From assembly GCA_965247095.1 (NCBI GenBank), contig OZ251997.1, positions 800,001 through 864,000 of the forward strand: a DNA stretch of 64,000 bases, written 5' to 3'. Below the pieces are notes generated by a model. It did not search any database and was not told the origin of the DNA. It worked only from the letters and a program-made list of their open reading frames with translations. This document shows positions 9,813-19,800 of this stretch, in pieces; position 1 is the stretch's first letter; each line of letters begins with the position of its first letter. The position numbers were made by a program, and so were the translations under genes. Origin of the DNA: Candidatus Multivorans sp. (GTDB lineage Bacteria > Acidobacteriota > Thermoanaerobaculia > Multivoradales > Multivoraceae).

Positions 9813-10748
9813 GTGATGTTGATCGAAGTTCCGAGCCGTTCGGTGTGGTTCGCCGCGTTGCTGCTCGCTGCCGCGATCGTTCCGGCCACGGCCGGCGCCG
9901 ACGACTCGAACGCGGACGTGTGGGACCGTGTCGAGCACCACACGACAAAGAGCGGCGAGATCGACATCCACTACGTCACTCTGGGCGAGGGCAAGCCGGT
10001 TCTGTTCCTTCACGGCTTCCCGGACCTCTGGTACTCCTGGCGGCATCAGATGGCGGCGCTTGCGGGCGAGTTCCGCACCGCGGCGATGGATCTGCGCGGC
10101 TACAACCGGAGCGGTCAGCCGAAGCGGGTCGAGGACTACCTGATGCCGTTGATCCTGGGTGACGTGGCGGCCGTGATCGAGGCTCTCGGCGCGCCGGTGA
10201 CCCTGGTCGGCCACGACTGGGGCGGGGCCATCGCCTGGCGTTACGCCATGGCGAATCCGGAGCAGATCGAGCGCCTGGTCATCCTCAACCTGACCCATCC
10301 CCGGGGCTACGGGAACGTGATCGCGAACGCCACCGAGGCGCAGCGCCGGAACACGGAGTACGCCCGCGGCTTCGCGACTTCGAAGCCGGACGGCAGCCCG
10401 GTGCCGGAGGGTCTTCTGGGCCGCTACGAGAGCGAGGGCGAGAAGGTGGCCGGCCACTATCGGGAGGCCTTCTCGCGCTCCTACTGGGACGGCATGCTGA
10501 ACTACTACCGGGCCAACTACGGCCAGGTCGCGGGCGGTGGAGAGATGCCGAACCTGCAGATGCCCGTGCTCCAGCTCCACGGCCTGAAGGACACGGCGGT
10601 GGACAAGGACGGATTGAAGAACACCTGGGATTGGATCGACCGCGACTACACGCTGGTCACGGTGCCGTCGGTGGGCCACTGGGTCCAGTTGGAAGCGGCG
10701 GATCTGGTCTCGAACACGATGCGCGCCTGGCTGCTGGCCAGGGAGTGA
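9813..10748 (+). CDS. Exported alpha/beta hydrolase (epoxide hydrolase-like)
   Basis: HGFP, DLRGYNRS, GHDWGG nucleophile elbow, C-terminal GHWVQ and a signal peptide. Confidence 0.88.
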   Translation: MMLIEVPSRSVWFAALLLAAAIVPATAGADDSNADVWDRVEHHTTKSGEIDIHYVTLGEGKPVLFLHGFPDLWYSWRHQMAALAGEFRTAAMDLRGYNRSGQPKRVEDYLMPLILGDVAAVIEALGAPVTLVGHDWGGAIAWRYAMANPEQIERLVILNLTHPRGYGNVIANATEAQRRNTEYARGFATSKPDGSPVPEGLLGRYESEGEKVAGHYREAFSRSYWDGMLNYYRANYGQVAGGGEMPNLQMPVLQLHGLKDTAVDKDGLKNTWDWIDRDYTLVTVPSVGHWVQLEAADLVSNTMRAWLLARE

Positions 10749-10774
10749 GCACACCAGGAAGGACAGGTCGAAGG

Positions 10775-11641
10775 ATGCACATGACCCGGTTACTGCGGCA
10801 ACCGTTGTTCCCTGTCGCGGCTACGCTGGCTGCGGTCTGTTTGATCCCGGCGTGCGCGCCTTCAGACGCCCCCGCGGATGACGCGGCGGGCGAGCAGGCG
10901 ATGGAGAGCGAGCCTGCCCGCGAGTACTACGAGATTCGCCGCTACCGCCTGGCCGACGAAGGCAGCCGGCAGACCGTCCTCGCCTACCTGGAGAACGCCC
11001 TGGCGCCTGCGCTCAACCGCGCCGGAATCGACCGGGTCGGCGTGTTCGGCGTCGAACCGCCGTCGGCAGAGGAAGAGTCCGTCGATCCCGTGGACGCACT
11101 GTCGTTGTGGGCGATCATCGCCTTTCCGAGCGTCGAGGACTTCGTGGGCATGAAGTCCACGCTGGAAGCCGACGCGGGCTACCTGGAGGCTGCGGCGCCG
11201 ATGTACGCCACGCCGACTCGGGCGCCGATCTACGAACGGGTCGAGAGCTGGTTCCTGCGCGCGTTCAAGGGCATGCCGGCGATGGAGCTGCCGCCCCAGA
11301 CCGCGGCAGGCGAAGACCGGATCTTCGAGCTCCGCCTGTACGAGAGCCACAACGAGGACACGGCGCGCCGCAAGGTCCACATGTTCGACAACGGCGAGAT
11401 CGACATCATGCGTGACGTCGACATGGCGCCCCTCCTGTACGGCGAACTCCTGATCGGCGCCAATGTGCCGGCCCTCGTCTACATCCTGTCGGCGCCGGAC
11501 ATGGAATCGCACCGGGAGCACTGGCAGGCGTTCCTCGCCCACCCGGAGTGGGTGAGGATGCGCGACATGGAGATGTACGAGGGGACCGTCTCGGGGATCG
11601 AGAACGTCTTCCTCCGGCCGACCGCCTTCTCCCAGATCTGA
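10775..11641 (+). CDS. NIPSNAP family protein (two repeats), probable lipoprotein
   Basis: EYYEIRRY and RIFELRLYES repeats, C-terminal FLRPTAFSQI, lipobox-like IPAC. The start could also be 10781. Confidence 0.8.
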   Translation: MHMTRLLRQPLFPVAATLAAVCLIPACAPSDAPADDAAGEQAMESEPAREYYEIRRYRLADEGSRQTVLAYLENALAPALNRAGIDRVGVFGVEPPSAEEESVDPVDALSLWAIIAFPSVEDFVGMKSTLEADAGYLEAAAPMYATPTRAPIYERVESWFLRAFKGMPAMELPPQTAAGEDRIFELRLYESHNEDTARRKVHMFDNGEIDIMRDVDMAPLLYGELLIGANVPALVYILSAPDMESHREHWQAFLAHPEWVRMRDMEMYEGTVSGIENVFLRPTAFSQI

Positions 11642-11749
11642 AACGTCGGCGGCACCGGTCCGGGCGGCGCCGCGCGGAGCGGCGCCAGCTTGCATGGAAC
11701 AAGCCATGTTCCTGTGCGTCAGCGCGGCGCGGACGCCGCGACTCGACTC

Positions 11750-12334
11750 CTAGTCGGTCCCGTCCTGGGCAGCGGCCTCCGCTGCGCTGCCGGGCCAGCG
11801 CACCCAGTAGCCGTCGGCCCAGACCAGATCCTGGTCGAAGTCGGTGCCCGGGAAGGCGCGGATCTCGTAGCTGGAATCCGGTTGCGCGGTGGTCGAGCCG
11901 TCGCGGCCGCCGCTCCAGATGCCAAGGACCTGGGTGCTAAGCAGCTTGTCCGAACCCGCGAAACCGTACCGGTAGGGGTGGTTCCAGCCGTCGCGTTCGG
12001 GCACGTTTTGCATGTAGAAGAAGGTGTTCGACGGCCTGAGCAGGGCGGCCAGGTCGGCATGAGCGAAATCGGGGTAGGTGAACTCGCTCCAAGTGAAGGT
12101 GGCGGTCGTGCTCGAGCCGGCTGCGGCGGCACTGACCTGGTCGGTGAGCCACTGCATCCAGGCGGTGCCGACGCTCTTCATGTCGGCCTGGGTCCGGGTC
12201 TGGTTCGCGTTCTGAAGTCCGGTCATGAGGTTCGGCACCAGCAACGCGGAGATGATGCCGATGATCGCCACGACGATCAGCAGTTCGATCAGTGTGAATC
12301 CGCCTTCGCGGGAAGGGGAGCGCGCTCCAGTCAT
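11750..12334 (-). CDS. Type II secretion GspG-like pseudopilin / prepilin
   Basis: G|FTLIELLIVVAIIGII prepilin motif, then DGWNHPYRY and SGGRDG. Start ATG 12334. Confidence 0.85.
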   Translation of the reverse strand: MTGARSPSREGGFTLIELLIVVAIIGIISALLVPNLMTGLQNANQTRTQADMKSVGTAWMQWLTDQVSAAAAGSSTTATFTWSEFTYPDFAHADLAALLRPSNTFFYMQNVPERDGWNHPYRYGFAGSDKLLSTQVLGIWSGGRDGSTTAQPDSSYEIRAFPGTDFDQDLVWADGYWVRWPGSAAEAAAQDGTD

Positions 12335-12401
12335 TCTTCGTGCTCCTTGGCTGTGTTCGTTGGTTCGGCCGCGCGGGACCAGGGCATGTCGCCGGCGGCC
12401 T

Positions 12402-12440
12402 ACAGGATGATACGGGGCGGGCGCCCGGAACGTCCAAGTG
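12402..12440 (-). promoter_or_regulatory. Promoter-like motif, copy 1 (TTGGAC-N19-TATCAT), upstream of the pseudopilin
   Basis: 35/39 identical to 15954-15992. The -35/-10-like hexamers read on the minus strand; the spacer is longer than consensus. Confidence 0.5.
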
Positions 12441-12441
12441 A

Positions 12442-15342
12442 CTAGGGCCGGCAACCTTCCGGGAAGGCCGTGCTGTCGGTGATCGCGGCCGCCGGTGTGC
12501 CCGGTTCGTTGCGGTACTCCCTTACCGCACCAGTCGCCGTGTCGGTCACCTGGATCGTGTAGCCGAGGTCGGTCGTCGAGGCGCCGAAGACCCATACGTG
12601 GCCGTTCAGGGCGCAGCCGTCGAGCACCTTGATCAGGACCTCCCAGTTTTCCGGGTCGAAGAACCCGAACAGCCCGGAGTCGTTGGTGCCGGCGTGGACG
12701 ACGCTGCCGCTGCCGGCCACGCCGTCGGCCCGCCACCAGTCCACCGTGACCGAGTAGCGCGAATCCAGCAGGCAGCGTGTGCTGGCGTCCGCAACGCACG
12801 TCCCGGCAGGCGCCGCGGCCTCGACCAGGAAGGTCAGCGACGCGGTCGATTCGACGGCGCCGTCGCCGACCCGCAGAGTGACTTCGTAGAAGCCGGGCTT
12901 GGCCCAGGCGTGGCGGGCGGTCCTGGTCCGCGCCGCCGAGTCGTCGCCGAAGTCCCAGGTGCGGAGGCGCACCCTGCCGGAACTCGTGTCTTCGAACGAC
13001 ACGGGGTCGCCGGTGAGAGCACCGCACAGGCCGTCTTCGCAGACGGCGTCCACCATGAAACTCGCCTTCGGCGGCCCAAGTTCCGGTTCGAGTTCCGGTT
13101 CGGGATCCGGCGGCGGCGGCGGTTGCGGCGGCGGGTCAACCTGCTCGTCATCGTCGGCAATCGTCCCCGTCGCTGTCAAGGTGGTCTCGCCGCCCGCCAG
13201 GGCTGCGTTCGTCGCGTTGTGAAAGCGGACCACGAACGTCTCGATGTCGGCCTCGGCGATGTCGTCGTTGACGATCGGGACGCGAATCGTCTGCGGGGTC
13301 GCACTGTTCGACGGGAAGGTCAGCGTGCCGCTCCGCGGCGTGTAGTCTTGCCATGCCGTGGCCGTCCCGTCCGCCGTGTCATAGTCCACGGTCACTTCCT
13401 CGCTGATCGCCGCTCCCAGCTCGACCTCGAACAGCATCTCCACGTCGGTCTCAGCCGCCTGCTCGCTCTTCACCATGAGCATTGCCGGCAGATTCAGCGG
13501 GATCTCCAGGTCCGCCTCGGGTTCGCGATACGCCCTGAACGTCAGGTAGCGATCCGAGCCCGACCAGGCACTGACGCGCAACAACTCGGCGCCGGAAGAG
13601 TCCACCTCGCTGAGGGCAATGGAGCGTTCCTGCACGCTCAGGCCGGGATCCTCGTAGAGCAGGTAGCCCCAGGTGAACAGCCAATTCCCGTTCTCCAATA
13701 TGTCTACGGAGCCGGTGAACGGGGCATAGCCGTACCTGCGGTCCAGAAGAAACTCGCGGCGAAACACGGCCGTGCCGGAGGCTGGGTCGATGTCGTACTC
13801 CACCACTCTGGAAAATGCCGGGAGGTCGCTTCGCTTCGGCGAGTCGGTGGACTCGTCGAGTTCCGCGGACAGGCAGTTCACGCCGTTGTCGAACAGCACC
13901 ACCGTGCCCGCATCGGTCTCCGTTGCATGGTGCTGCCGGCAGAATTCATTCCTGCCGTTCTCGTCGCCGCTGATCGACAGGAAGGCGCGGTCGTCGGGGA
14001 ACGTGCCGGCCAGGTCGGTACCGCCGAGTTGCCAGACCAGGTCGGTTCCGTCAACTGTCATCGACTTGGCAGACCGGTTGATCCTCGCGACCTGGGCGCA
14101 ACCCCTGGATGAGATGACGACATCTCCTTCGATCAAGGTGAGGGAGTTGATGTGCGCGGAAATGCCCTGGCCTAGGCCCAAGCCCAAGTCGTACCCCAGA
14201 CAGTCAGGATCGATCGTCAGATGGTCCCATGAACTCCAACTCCACACCGTGGTTCCGGTCGGGGAGACCTCTTCGATGATGTTCTCGAAGGTATCGGGCA
14301 CATTGCCGTCCCCCAAGTCCCGGGACACGGTCCTGCGGGAGGAGAACAGGAAGGTGCCGTCCGATGTGATCAGAAAATCATGCGCGTTGGTTTCGTGCTG
14401 CGGGCGCGTCGTTTCCACGCTCTTGATGTCCTCGAAGGACCTATCGAGCAGGACGTGCCTGCCGTTAAACGACCCGAGGTAGTGCGTGACCGAGTACTGC
14501 ACTTGCCGGCCGTCGACCACAAGATCGGTGCTGTGGCGGCGGAAGTTCATCGGAGTCGCGGTCGCGAGGAAGGAGTCTCTGACGAATCTGGGCACGCCGT
14601 TGTTGTCCATGATGGCCATGAAGGCCGGAACGCGAGGGAATGACTGCCGCTGAGGAGTGAAGAGAATCAGTCCATCCGACACGCCAGCCTGCTTCCTGGT
14701 GATCTTGATGTTGGGAAAGGCCGGCGGGATGCAGTGGACGACATAGAGCACCGATTCATCGCCGCTACTGAGTCCGATAGCGACATCATGGTCGCTGTTG
14801 ACCAAGACGTTCTTGTCCAGGCTCATGCCCGGTACCGGGATGTGGTTCAGTGTCAGTTCGTGCGAGCCGTCTCGCGCGGTTGCCGTCACATGGAGGCTGG
14901 CGTCGTTCGGACAACGAATGGCGTAGTGATGCACCCGGGGATTGAAGACCGGGTACATCGTCTCGGCGCCGTGCGTGACGGCGAGGGCGCTCAGCTCCAG
15001 ATTCGCCGGGTCCGGTGCGTCGTCGTCAGTGACAGTCACCTCGGCGGTGGTAAGGCTGCCTGAGTTTACTCCCGTCGGCAACGTGCTGCCAAAGGACAAC
15101 GTGAAGGTCTCGTCCGCGCTTTCGACCACCGAATCGTCAAGCGTGACGAAGTTGATGGGCTGCTGCGTCTCGCCCGCATCGAACGTGACGCTGCCGGGTA
15201 TCGAATAGTCGCTCGCGGCAGCAGGGGACGCTTCGATTGGAATCGTCACGGTGCGTTGGGGGTCGACGTCCAGCGTTACCATCACGTCCACGGTCCAGCC
15301 CTCGGCGACGGTGTAGGTCGCCGCACCGAACGAGACCGCCAC
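12442..15342 (-). CDS. Surface protein: Calx-beta + arylsulfotransferase-like propeller + Calx-beta + Pro linker + PKD + conserved C-terminal beta domain; N-terminus apparently disrupted
   Basis: ASST-like AHDF, HINSL, SSRG and QHHA motifs; YDTADGTAT...SGTLTF Calx-beta; WDFGD PKD; C-terminal SGLFGFFDPENWEVLIKVLDGC. The ORF lacks its own signal peptide. Confidence 0.75.
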   Translation of the reverse strand: MAVSFGAATYTVAEGWTVDVMVTLDVDPQRTVTIPIEASPAAASDYSIPGSVTFDAGETQQPINFVTLDDSVVESADETFTLSFGSTLPTGVNSGSLTTAEVTVTDDDAPDPANLELSALAVTHGAETMYPVFNPRVHHYAIRCPNDASLHVTATARDGSHELTLNHIPVPGMSLDKNVLVNSDHDVAIGLSSGDESVLYVVHCIPPAFPNIKITRKQAGVSDGLILFTPQRQSFPRVPAFMAIMDNNGVPRFVRDSFLATATPMNFRRHSTDLVVDGRQVQYSVTHYLGSFNGRHVLLDRSFEDIKSVETTRPQHETNAHDFLITSDGTFLFSSRRTVSRDLGDGNVPDTFENIIEEVSPTGTTVWSWSSWDHLTIDPDCLGYDLGLGLGQGISAHINSLTLIEGDVVISSRGCAQVARINRSAKSMTVDGTDLVWQLGGTDLAGTFPDDRAFLSISGDENGRNEFCRQHHATETDAGTVVLFDNGVNCLSAELDESTDSPKRSDLPAFSRVVEYDIDPASGTAVFRREFLLDRRYGYAPFTGSVDILENGNWLFTWGYLLYEDPGLSVQERSIALSEVDSSGAELLRVSAWSGSDRYLTFRAYREPEADLEIPLNLPAMLMVKSEQAAETDVEMLFEVELGAAISEEVTVDYDTADGTATAWQDYTPRSGTLTFPSNSATPQTIRVPIVNDDIAEADIETFVVRFHNATNAALAGGETTLTATGTIADDDEQVDPPPQPPPPPDPEPELEPELGPPKASFMVDAVCEDGLCGALTGDPVSFEDTSSGRVRLRTWDFGDDSAARTRTARHAWAKPGFYEVTLRVGDGAVESTASLTFLVEAAAPAGTCVADASTRCLLDSRYSVTVDWWRADGVAGSGSVVHAGTNDSGLFGFFDPENWEVLIKVLDGCALNGHVWVFGASTTDLGYTIQVTDTATGAVREYRNEPGTPAAAITDSTAFPEGCRP

Positions 15343-15835
15343 CGTTGGATCGACTACGGAGCGGGCGTCGCCGAAGTACGCCGGTGAGGTTTGAGCCGAG
15401 ACGCTTTACCCGACCATGGCCAGCACCGCTCCCAGCAGTACGCGCCCTGCACGAGACCGCATCGCTGCGTTCACCGTCACGGCCATGGCCGTCGTTTCCG
15501 TAGTCGGGCGCTTCGAGGAAGGCGAGGTTGTCCGCCTCGCTGAGCTGAAACAGGGTGCCGTCGTCTTCGGCAGGATCCCTGATGCTCCAGGTCAGTGGAT
15601 CGTTTTCGCCGTCTGTCGCGGTGAGCGTGGCGACGGCAGTGCCGCCTTCGTCCAGGGTGAAACTCGAAGCGCTGGCGATCGTCGGCGCATTGTTCTGGGC
15701 AGCCGAGGGAGTGACCGGCGAGGCCGCGATGGCCAGGAGAGCCGTGATGACAGCGCCGGGGAGACGACGGACATACTTGACCAAGCGCATCCCGTCCCTG
15801 CAAACTGCACACGATTCCGAGGGGGTAATCGCCAT
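15343..15835 (-). pseudogene. Detached N-terminal part (signal peptide + truncated cadherin-like domain) of the downstream surface protein
   Basis: Signal peptide, then NNAPTI...ATDGENDPLTWSI...FLEAPDY cadherin-like sequence that degenerates. It is out of frame with 12442-15342. Confidence 0.6.
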
Positions 15836-15892
15836 GCGGCGTTAGGGGCCGGAACGATCACTTTTGCCATGCAGGAATGGTCGAACATGATC

Positions 15893-15939
15893 GGCGAACT
15901 CCCGAGGAAGTAGCCATCGTCGTCGCGGCCGAGCAGCAG
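15893..15939 (-). pseudogene. 47-bp remnant of an actE-like coding sequence
   Basis: 39/47 identical to 1426-1472 with a 22-nt perfect core. It encodes LLLGRDDDGYFLGSSP, against ActE LLFGRDDDGYFLDGSP. Confidence 0.6.
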
Positions 15940-15953
15940 CTTCGTCGGGCCTC

Positions 15954-15992
15954 ACAGGATCATACGGGGCAGGCGCCCTGAAAGTCCAAGTG
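15954..15992 (-). promoter_or_regulatory. Promoter-like motif, copy 2 (TTGGAC-N19-TATGAT)
   Basis: 35/39 identical to 12402-12440; sits just after the stop of the paralogous gene, as copy 1 does. Confidence 0.5.
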
Positions 15993-16016
15993 GCGGGCCC
16001 GCCGCGGGGCGAACGG

Positions 16017-16680
16017 TCACCGCCTGCAGCCGCCGGGGAAGGCCGCGCCGTCGGTGATCGCGGGCGCCGGCAGCCCCGGCTCGTTCCGGTACTCCTGCAC
16101 CGTGCCCTCGCCGAACTCCCATCGCCGCGATGCGGCGGGACCCGTACTGGTATCCGCGAAGTCCACCTGCTCGCCGGTCAGGGCCCGGCAAAGCTCCCGG
16201 TCGCACTCGACGCCGTCACCTGAGCCGTTCGGCCCTCCGGTGCCTCGTAGCGCGAGGAACCGAACGCAACCTCCACTTCCGGATCCTCGTCCGGCGGCGG
16301 TGGCGACGGACCAATCCTTGTTGCTCTTGCCCAGCAGCCAGATCGGTTCACCTGTGCCGGGTGCGTAGTCGTCCGGGAAGAAGTGCTCCGTACAATCGTC
16401 GATGGCAAGGTGGTCCCACGAGTTCCAGGTCAGAAGCGCCGTTCCCTCCGCGGTTCTCTCCTGAATCGCCAAGTCACGCGGCGACTCCATCGTCGAGTAT
16501 AGCTCTCCGTTCGCATCCTGTAACCCACTCAGATCACCGGTGGCGGGCTCGTAGGCCATGAGGATGTAGTTTCCGTCTTCCTTGATCAGAAAGTCGTGGG
16601 CGCCTGTCCGGGTCGGCGGCGGGACAGTGCGCACGTCTGCCTGAACGACTTGGAGCATCTCGTTCAGGATGTTCCAGCGC
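16017..16680 (-). pseudogene. Collapsed paralog of the ASST-PKD surface protein
   Basis: Colinear fragments: AHDFLI, WNSWDHL, IWLLG, CRALTGEQVDFADTSTG..WEFG, EYRNEPGLPAPAITDGAAFPGGCRR. About 210 aa, against more than 960 aa for the neighbour. Confidence 0.75.
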
Positions 16681-16836
16681 CGGAACCGATGGAGACATCG
16701 GCGCCGTTGACGGCAATGACGACAGCCTCGGGTTCGCCCTCAGCCTGAGGTTCGAGTGGCGCCGCCCTCGCACCTCATAGCGTAGTAGCGTTGGCACTGG
16801 CTCCGGGATCGGACGCGCCCGGCCGGCAAGGCTCTG

Positions 16837-18268
16837 GTGAACTTCGACTCCTACGACTTCGATCCAGCGATCTTCGACGAGATGTTCGTCGCGCCGGGTA
16901 AACCGCGCGAACACTGCCGAGCCGTCTACGAGGCCCTCAGGAGCGCGCCCCGGGAGGAGCTTGAGACGATTCAGGAGCGGGTGACCCGTTCCTTTTCGCA
17001 AGGGGATCACCTTCACGGTCTATGGCGACGAGGAGGCCGAGGAGCGGATCATTCCGATCGATTGCGTCCCGCGCCTGGTGACGCTCGCGGAGTGGCGTGA
17101 ACTGGAAGCCGGCCTGGTGCAGCGCATCGCCGCGCTCAACCTCTTCCTGGGCGACGTCTACGGAGAGTGCCGGATTGTCCGCGACGGTGTGATTCCCATC
17201 GATTTGATCCTCGGTTGCCCGCAGTACCGGCTCGAGATGCGGGGTGTCTGCGTGCCGAACAACACCTGGGTGGCCGTCTGCGGAACGGACCTCGTGCGCA
17301 CCCACGAGGGCTTCATGGTGCTTGAGGACAACCTGCGCGTGCCCTCGGGCGTCTCGTACATGATCGCCAACCGCAAGGCGGTCAAGGCCGGGATGCGGCG
17401 CCTGTATCGGACCTGCCGGGTGCAGGAGGTCGAGAACTACGGCAGCCTGCTGCGCCGGACGCTGAGCGAGCTGGCCCCGGACGGCCGTCTGGAGCCCAGT
17501 CTGGCCCTGCTCACGCCGGGAACCTACAACTCCGCGTTCTACGAGCACATGTTCCTGGCCCAGGAGATCGGCGCGGAGCTGGTCGAGGGACAGGACCTTC
17601 TGGTCAACGACGGCTTCGTCTACATGCGCACCACGGCCGGTCTGCGGCGGGTCGACATGATCTACCGCCGCGTCGACGACGATTTTTTTTGGACCCCTCG
17701 TCTTCCGTAGCGACTCTCTCCTCGGTGTGCCGGGGCTGCTGAACGCGTTCAAACGGGGGAACGTGACCCTGGCCAACGCGCCCGGCACGGGCGTCGCCGA
17801 CGACAAGGCGTCTACGCCCATGTGCCCGACATGGTGCGCTACTACCTGGGCGAAGAGCCGCTGCTCCAGAACGTCGACACGCGCCTGTGCCGGCGCCCCG
17901 AAGACCTCGAGTACACGTTGGACAACCTCGAACCTCTGGTCGTCAAGCGGGTCGGAGGGTCGGGTGGCTACGGCATGCTGGTCGGTCCCCACTCGACGCC
18001 GGAGGAGCGCGACGCGTTCAAGGAGTTGCTCCGAGCCAACCCGGCTGACTACCTTGCGCAGCCGACGTTGCCGTTGTCGCGGTCGCCCTGTCTGGTCGAG
18101 GGCCGCGCGGCGCCGCGCCATGTCGACCTGCGCCCCTTCGTGCTGACGGGGGCGGAGACCCGGATCGTCCCGGGCGCCTTCTGCCGTGTGGCGCTGCGCC
18201 GCGGGAGCCTGGTCGTGAACTCGAGCCAGGGCGGCGGCGGCAAGGACCTGTGGGTGGTCGATCTCTAG
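16837..18268 (+). pseudogene. Circularly permuted type 2 ATP-grasp protein, frameshifted three times
   Basis: [48 protein letters not shown] and RHVDLRPF...VVNSSQGGGGKD are spread over four frame segments. Shifts lie near 17000, the T8 run at 17683-17690 and near 17810. Confidence 0.8.
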
Positions 18269-19212
18269 TGCTCTCCCGCAGTGCCCAGGGCGTGTACTGG
18301 ATGGGGCGTTACCTGGCGCGCGCCCAGTACCTGAGCCATCTCCTGGAACTGCACGTGCAGGCGTTGGTCGACCGGTCGGTCGAGGAGATTCACTTCGGCT
18401 GGAGGCGGATCTACCGGGCCATGAAGCGGTTGCCGCCAGCGAGCGAAGCATGGCTGCCGGAGGCCGAGGAGTTCGCCCTGGCGGACGATCTGACCTTCGA
18501 ACGGTCGAATCCCGATTCGGTCCGGAGCAGCCTGGAGCGGGGGCGCGAGAACGCCCGCCAGATGCGCCACTGCATCAGCGCCGAGATGTGGACCTGCCTG
18601 AACCTGGCCTATCTGCGCATCCGCGACGTGGAAGCCGTGGACATCTGGAGGACTCCGGAGACCTTCTACGCCCAAACCTGTAACGAGGTCCACAACTTCG
18701 TCGGCATCGCCGATGCGACGATGTACCGGGGCGATGCCTGGCGGTTCATGCGTCTCGGGCGCGCGATCGAGTGGGTCCAGCTTGCGGTGTCGCTGATCCT
18801 CGCTCAGGCGGAGCTCAGCCGGCGCATGAAGCGGCGCACTCTGGGCTGGGCCAGCATGCTGCGCATGCACCACGCCTCCGAGGCCTACAGCCGCCTGTAC
18901 GGGATCGAGATCCGGCCGGGCCGCGTTCTGGATCTGCTGGTTGGCGATCCCTTGCTGCCCGCTACGCTGCTCAGCTCGCTGCGCGCGGCGGCGGCGGAGC
19001 TGGACGCTCTCGAGACGGGGCCGGATGTCGAGGCCGATGCGGCGGCGAGGCGGTTGGTGGGCCACGCCGTCGTGCTGATCCTCTACGACTGGCCCGAGGC
19101 CCGGGACCGGGACCGACTGCTGCAGCGAGTGGACCGGTGCACGCGCGATCTTCACGAAACGGTGCTGGATGCGTTCGTCGACTATGGGATTCAGGACTCC
19201 CCGATGCCGTGA
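18268..19212 (+). CDS. Alpha-E domain protein
   Basis: LSRSAQGVYWMGRYLARA, RENARQMRHCISAEMW, FMRLGRAIE; GTG overlaps the ATP-grasp stop. Confidence 0.8.
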   Translation: MLSRSAQGVYWMGRYLARAQYLSHLLELHVQALVDRSVEEIHFGWRRIYRAMKRLPPASEAWLPEAEEFALADDLTFERSNPDSVRSSLERGRENARQMRHCISAEMWTCLNLAYLRIRDVEAVDIWRTPETFYAQTCNEVHNFVGIADATMYRGDAWRFMRLGRAIEWVQLAVSLILAQAELSRRMKRRTLGWASMLRMHHASEAYSRLYGIEIRPGRVLDLLVGDPLLPATLLSSLRAAAAELDALETGPDVEADAAARRLVGHAVVLILYDWPEARDRDRLLQRVDRCTRDLHETVLDAFVDYGIQDSPMP

Positions 19213-19214
19213 CG

Positions 19215-19800
19215 ATGAAGCGGACGATGCACTACGACGTCGAGCACCGGACGCGGTACGGGTACGTGAAGAATGCGCGCGGTTGGGTGTTGATGCTGTG
19301 TCTCCAGCCGGTCTCGTGGCCCGGACAGAGATTGCTGGAGTTCGAGATCGACACGGCGCCCGCGGCGCCGTTGAGTCCGGAGCGAGACTGTTTCGGCAAC
19401 CGGCGTCACGTGCTGAACGTCCACCGGCGACACCGCGAGTTGAAGGTCACGTCGCGGCTTATGGCGGAAGTCGATCCGCAACCTCGACCCGTGGCGGTCG
19501 GCGGTTGAGAGGACGTTCGATCCTGGCGCCGGGGCCCGGAGGCTACCTGCATGCCACCGACAGCCCTGGCGAGCAGACGGTGGCGACCGGCAGTCACGCC
19601 TGGGTCGAATGCAGGTTGCCCGGGGCGGGTTGGGTCGGCTTCGACCCGACCAACGCGACGTTCAGCGACGAGCGCCACATCCGCGTGGCCACAGGACGGG
19701 ACTACGCTGACGTGTCGCCGACGAGGGGGGTGTTTCAAGGCAGCGGGGATGCGGAGATCAAGGTCGATGTGATAGTGAACGCTGTCGGTCCTGCGGGACA
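19215..19800 (+). pseudogene. Transglutaminase family protein with a central deletion
   Basis: The N-domain (HRTRYGY...DCFGN) stops at 19508. The C-terminal part (GYL...SHAWVE..GWVGFDPTN..GRDYADVSP) is in another frame, and the catalytic GVCQD segment is missing. Confidence 0.8.

Noticed and set aside
13075-13140. Short tandem repeats (GTTCCGGTTCG, GGC runs)
   Set aside because: They simply encode the Pro/Glu linker PPPQPPPPPDPEPELEPELGPP.
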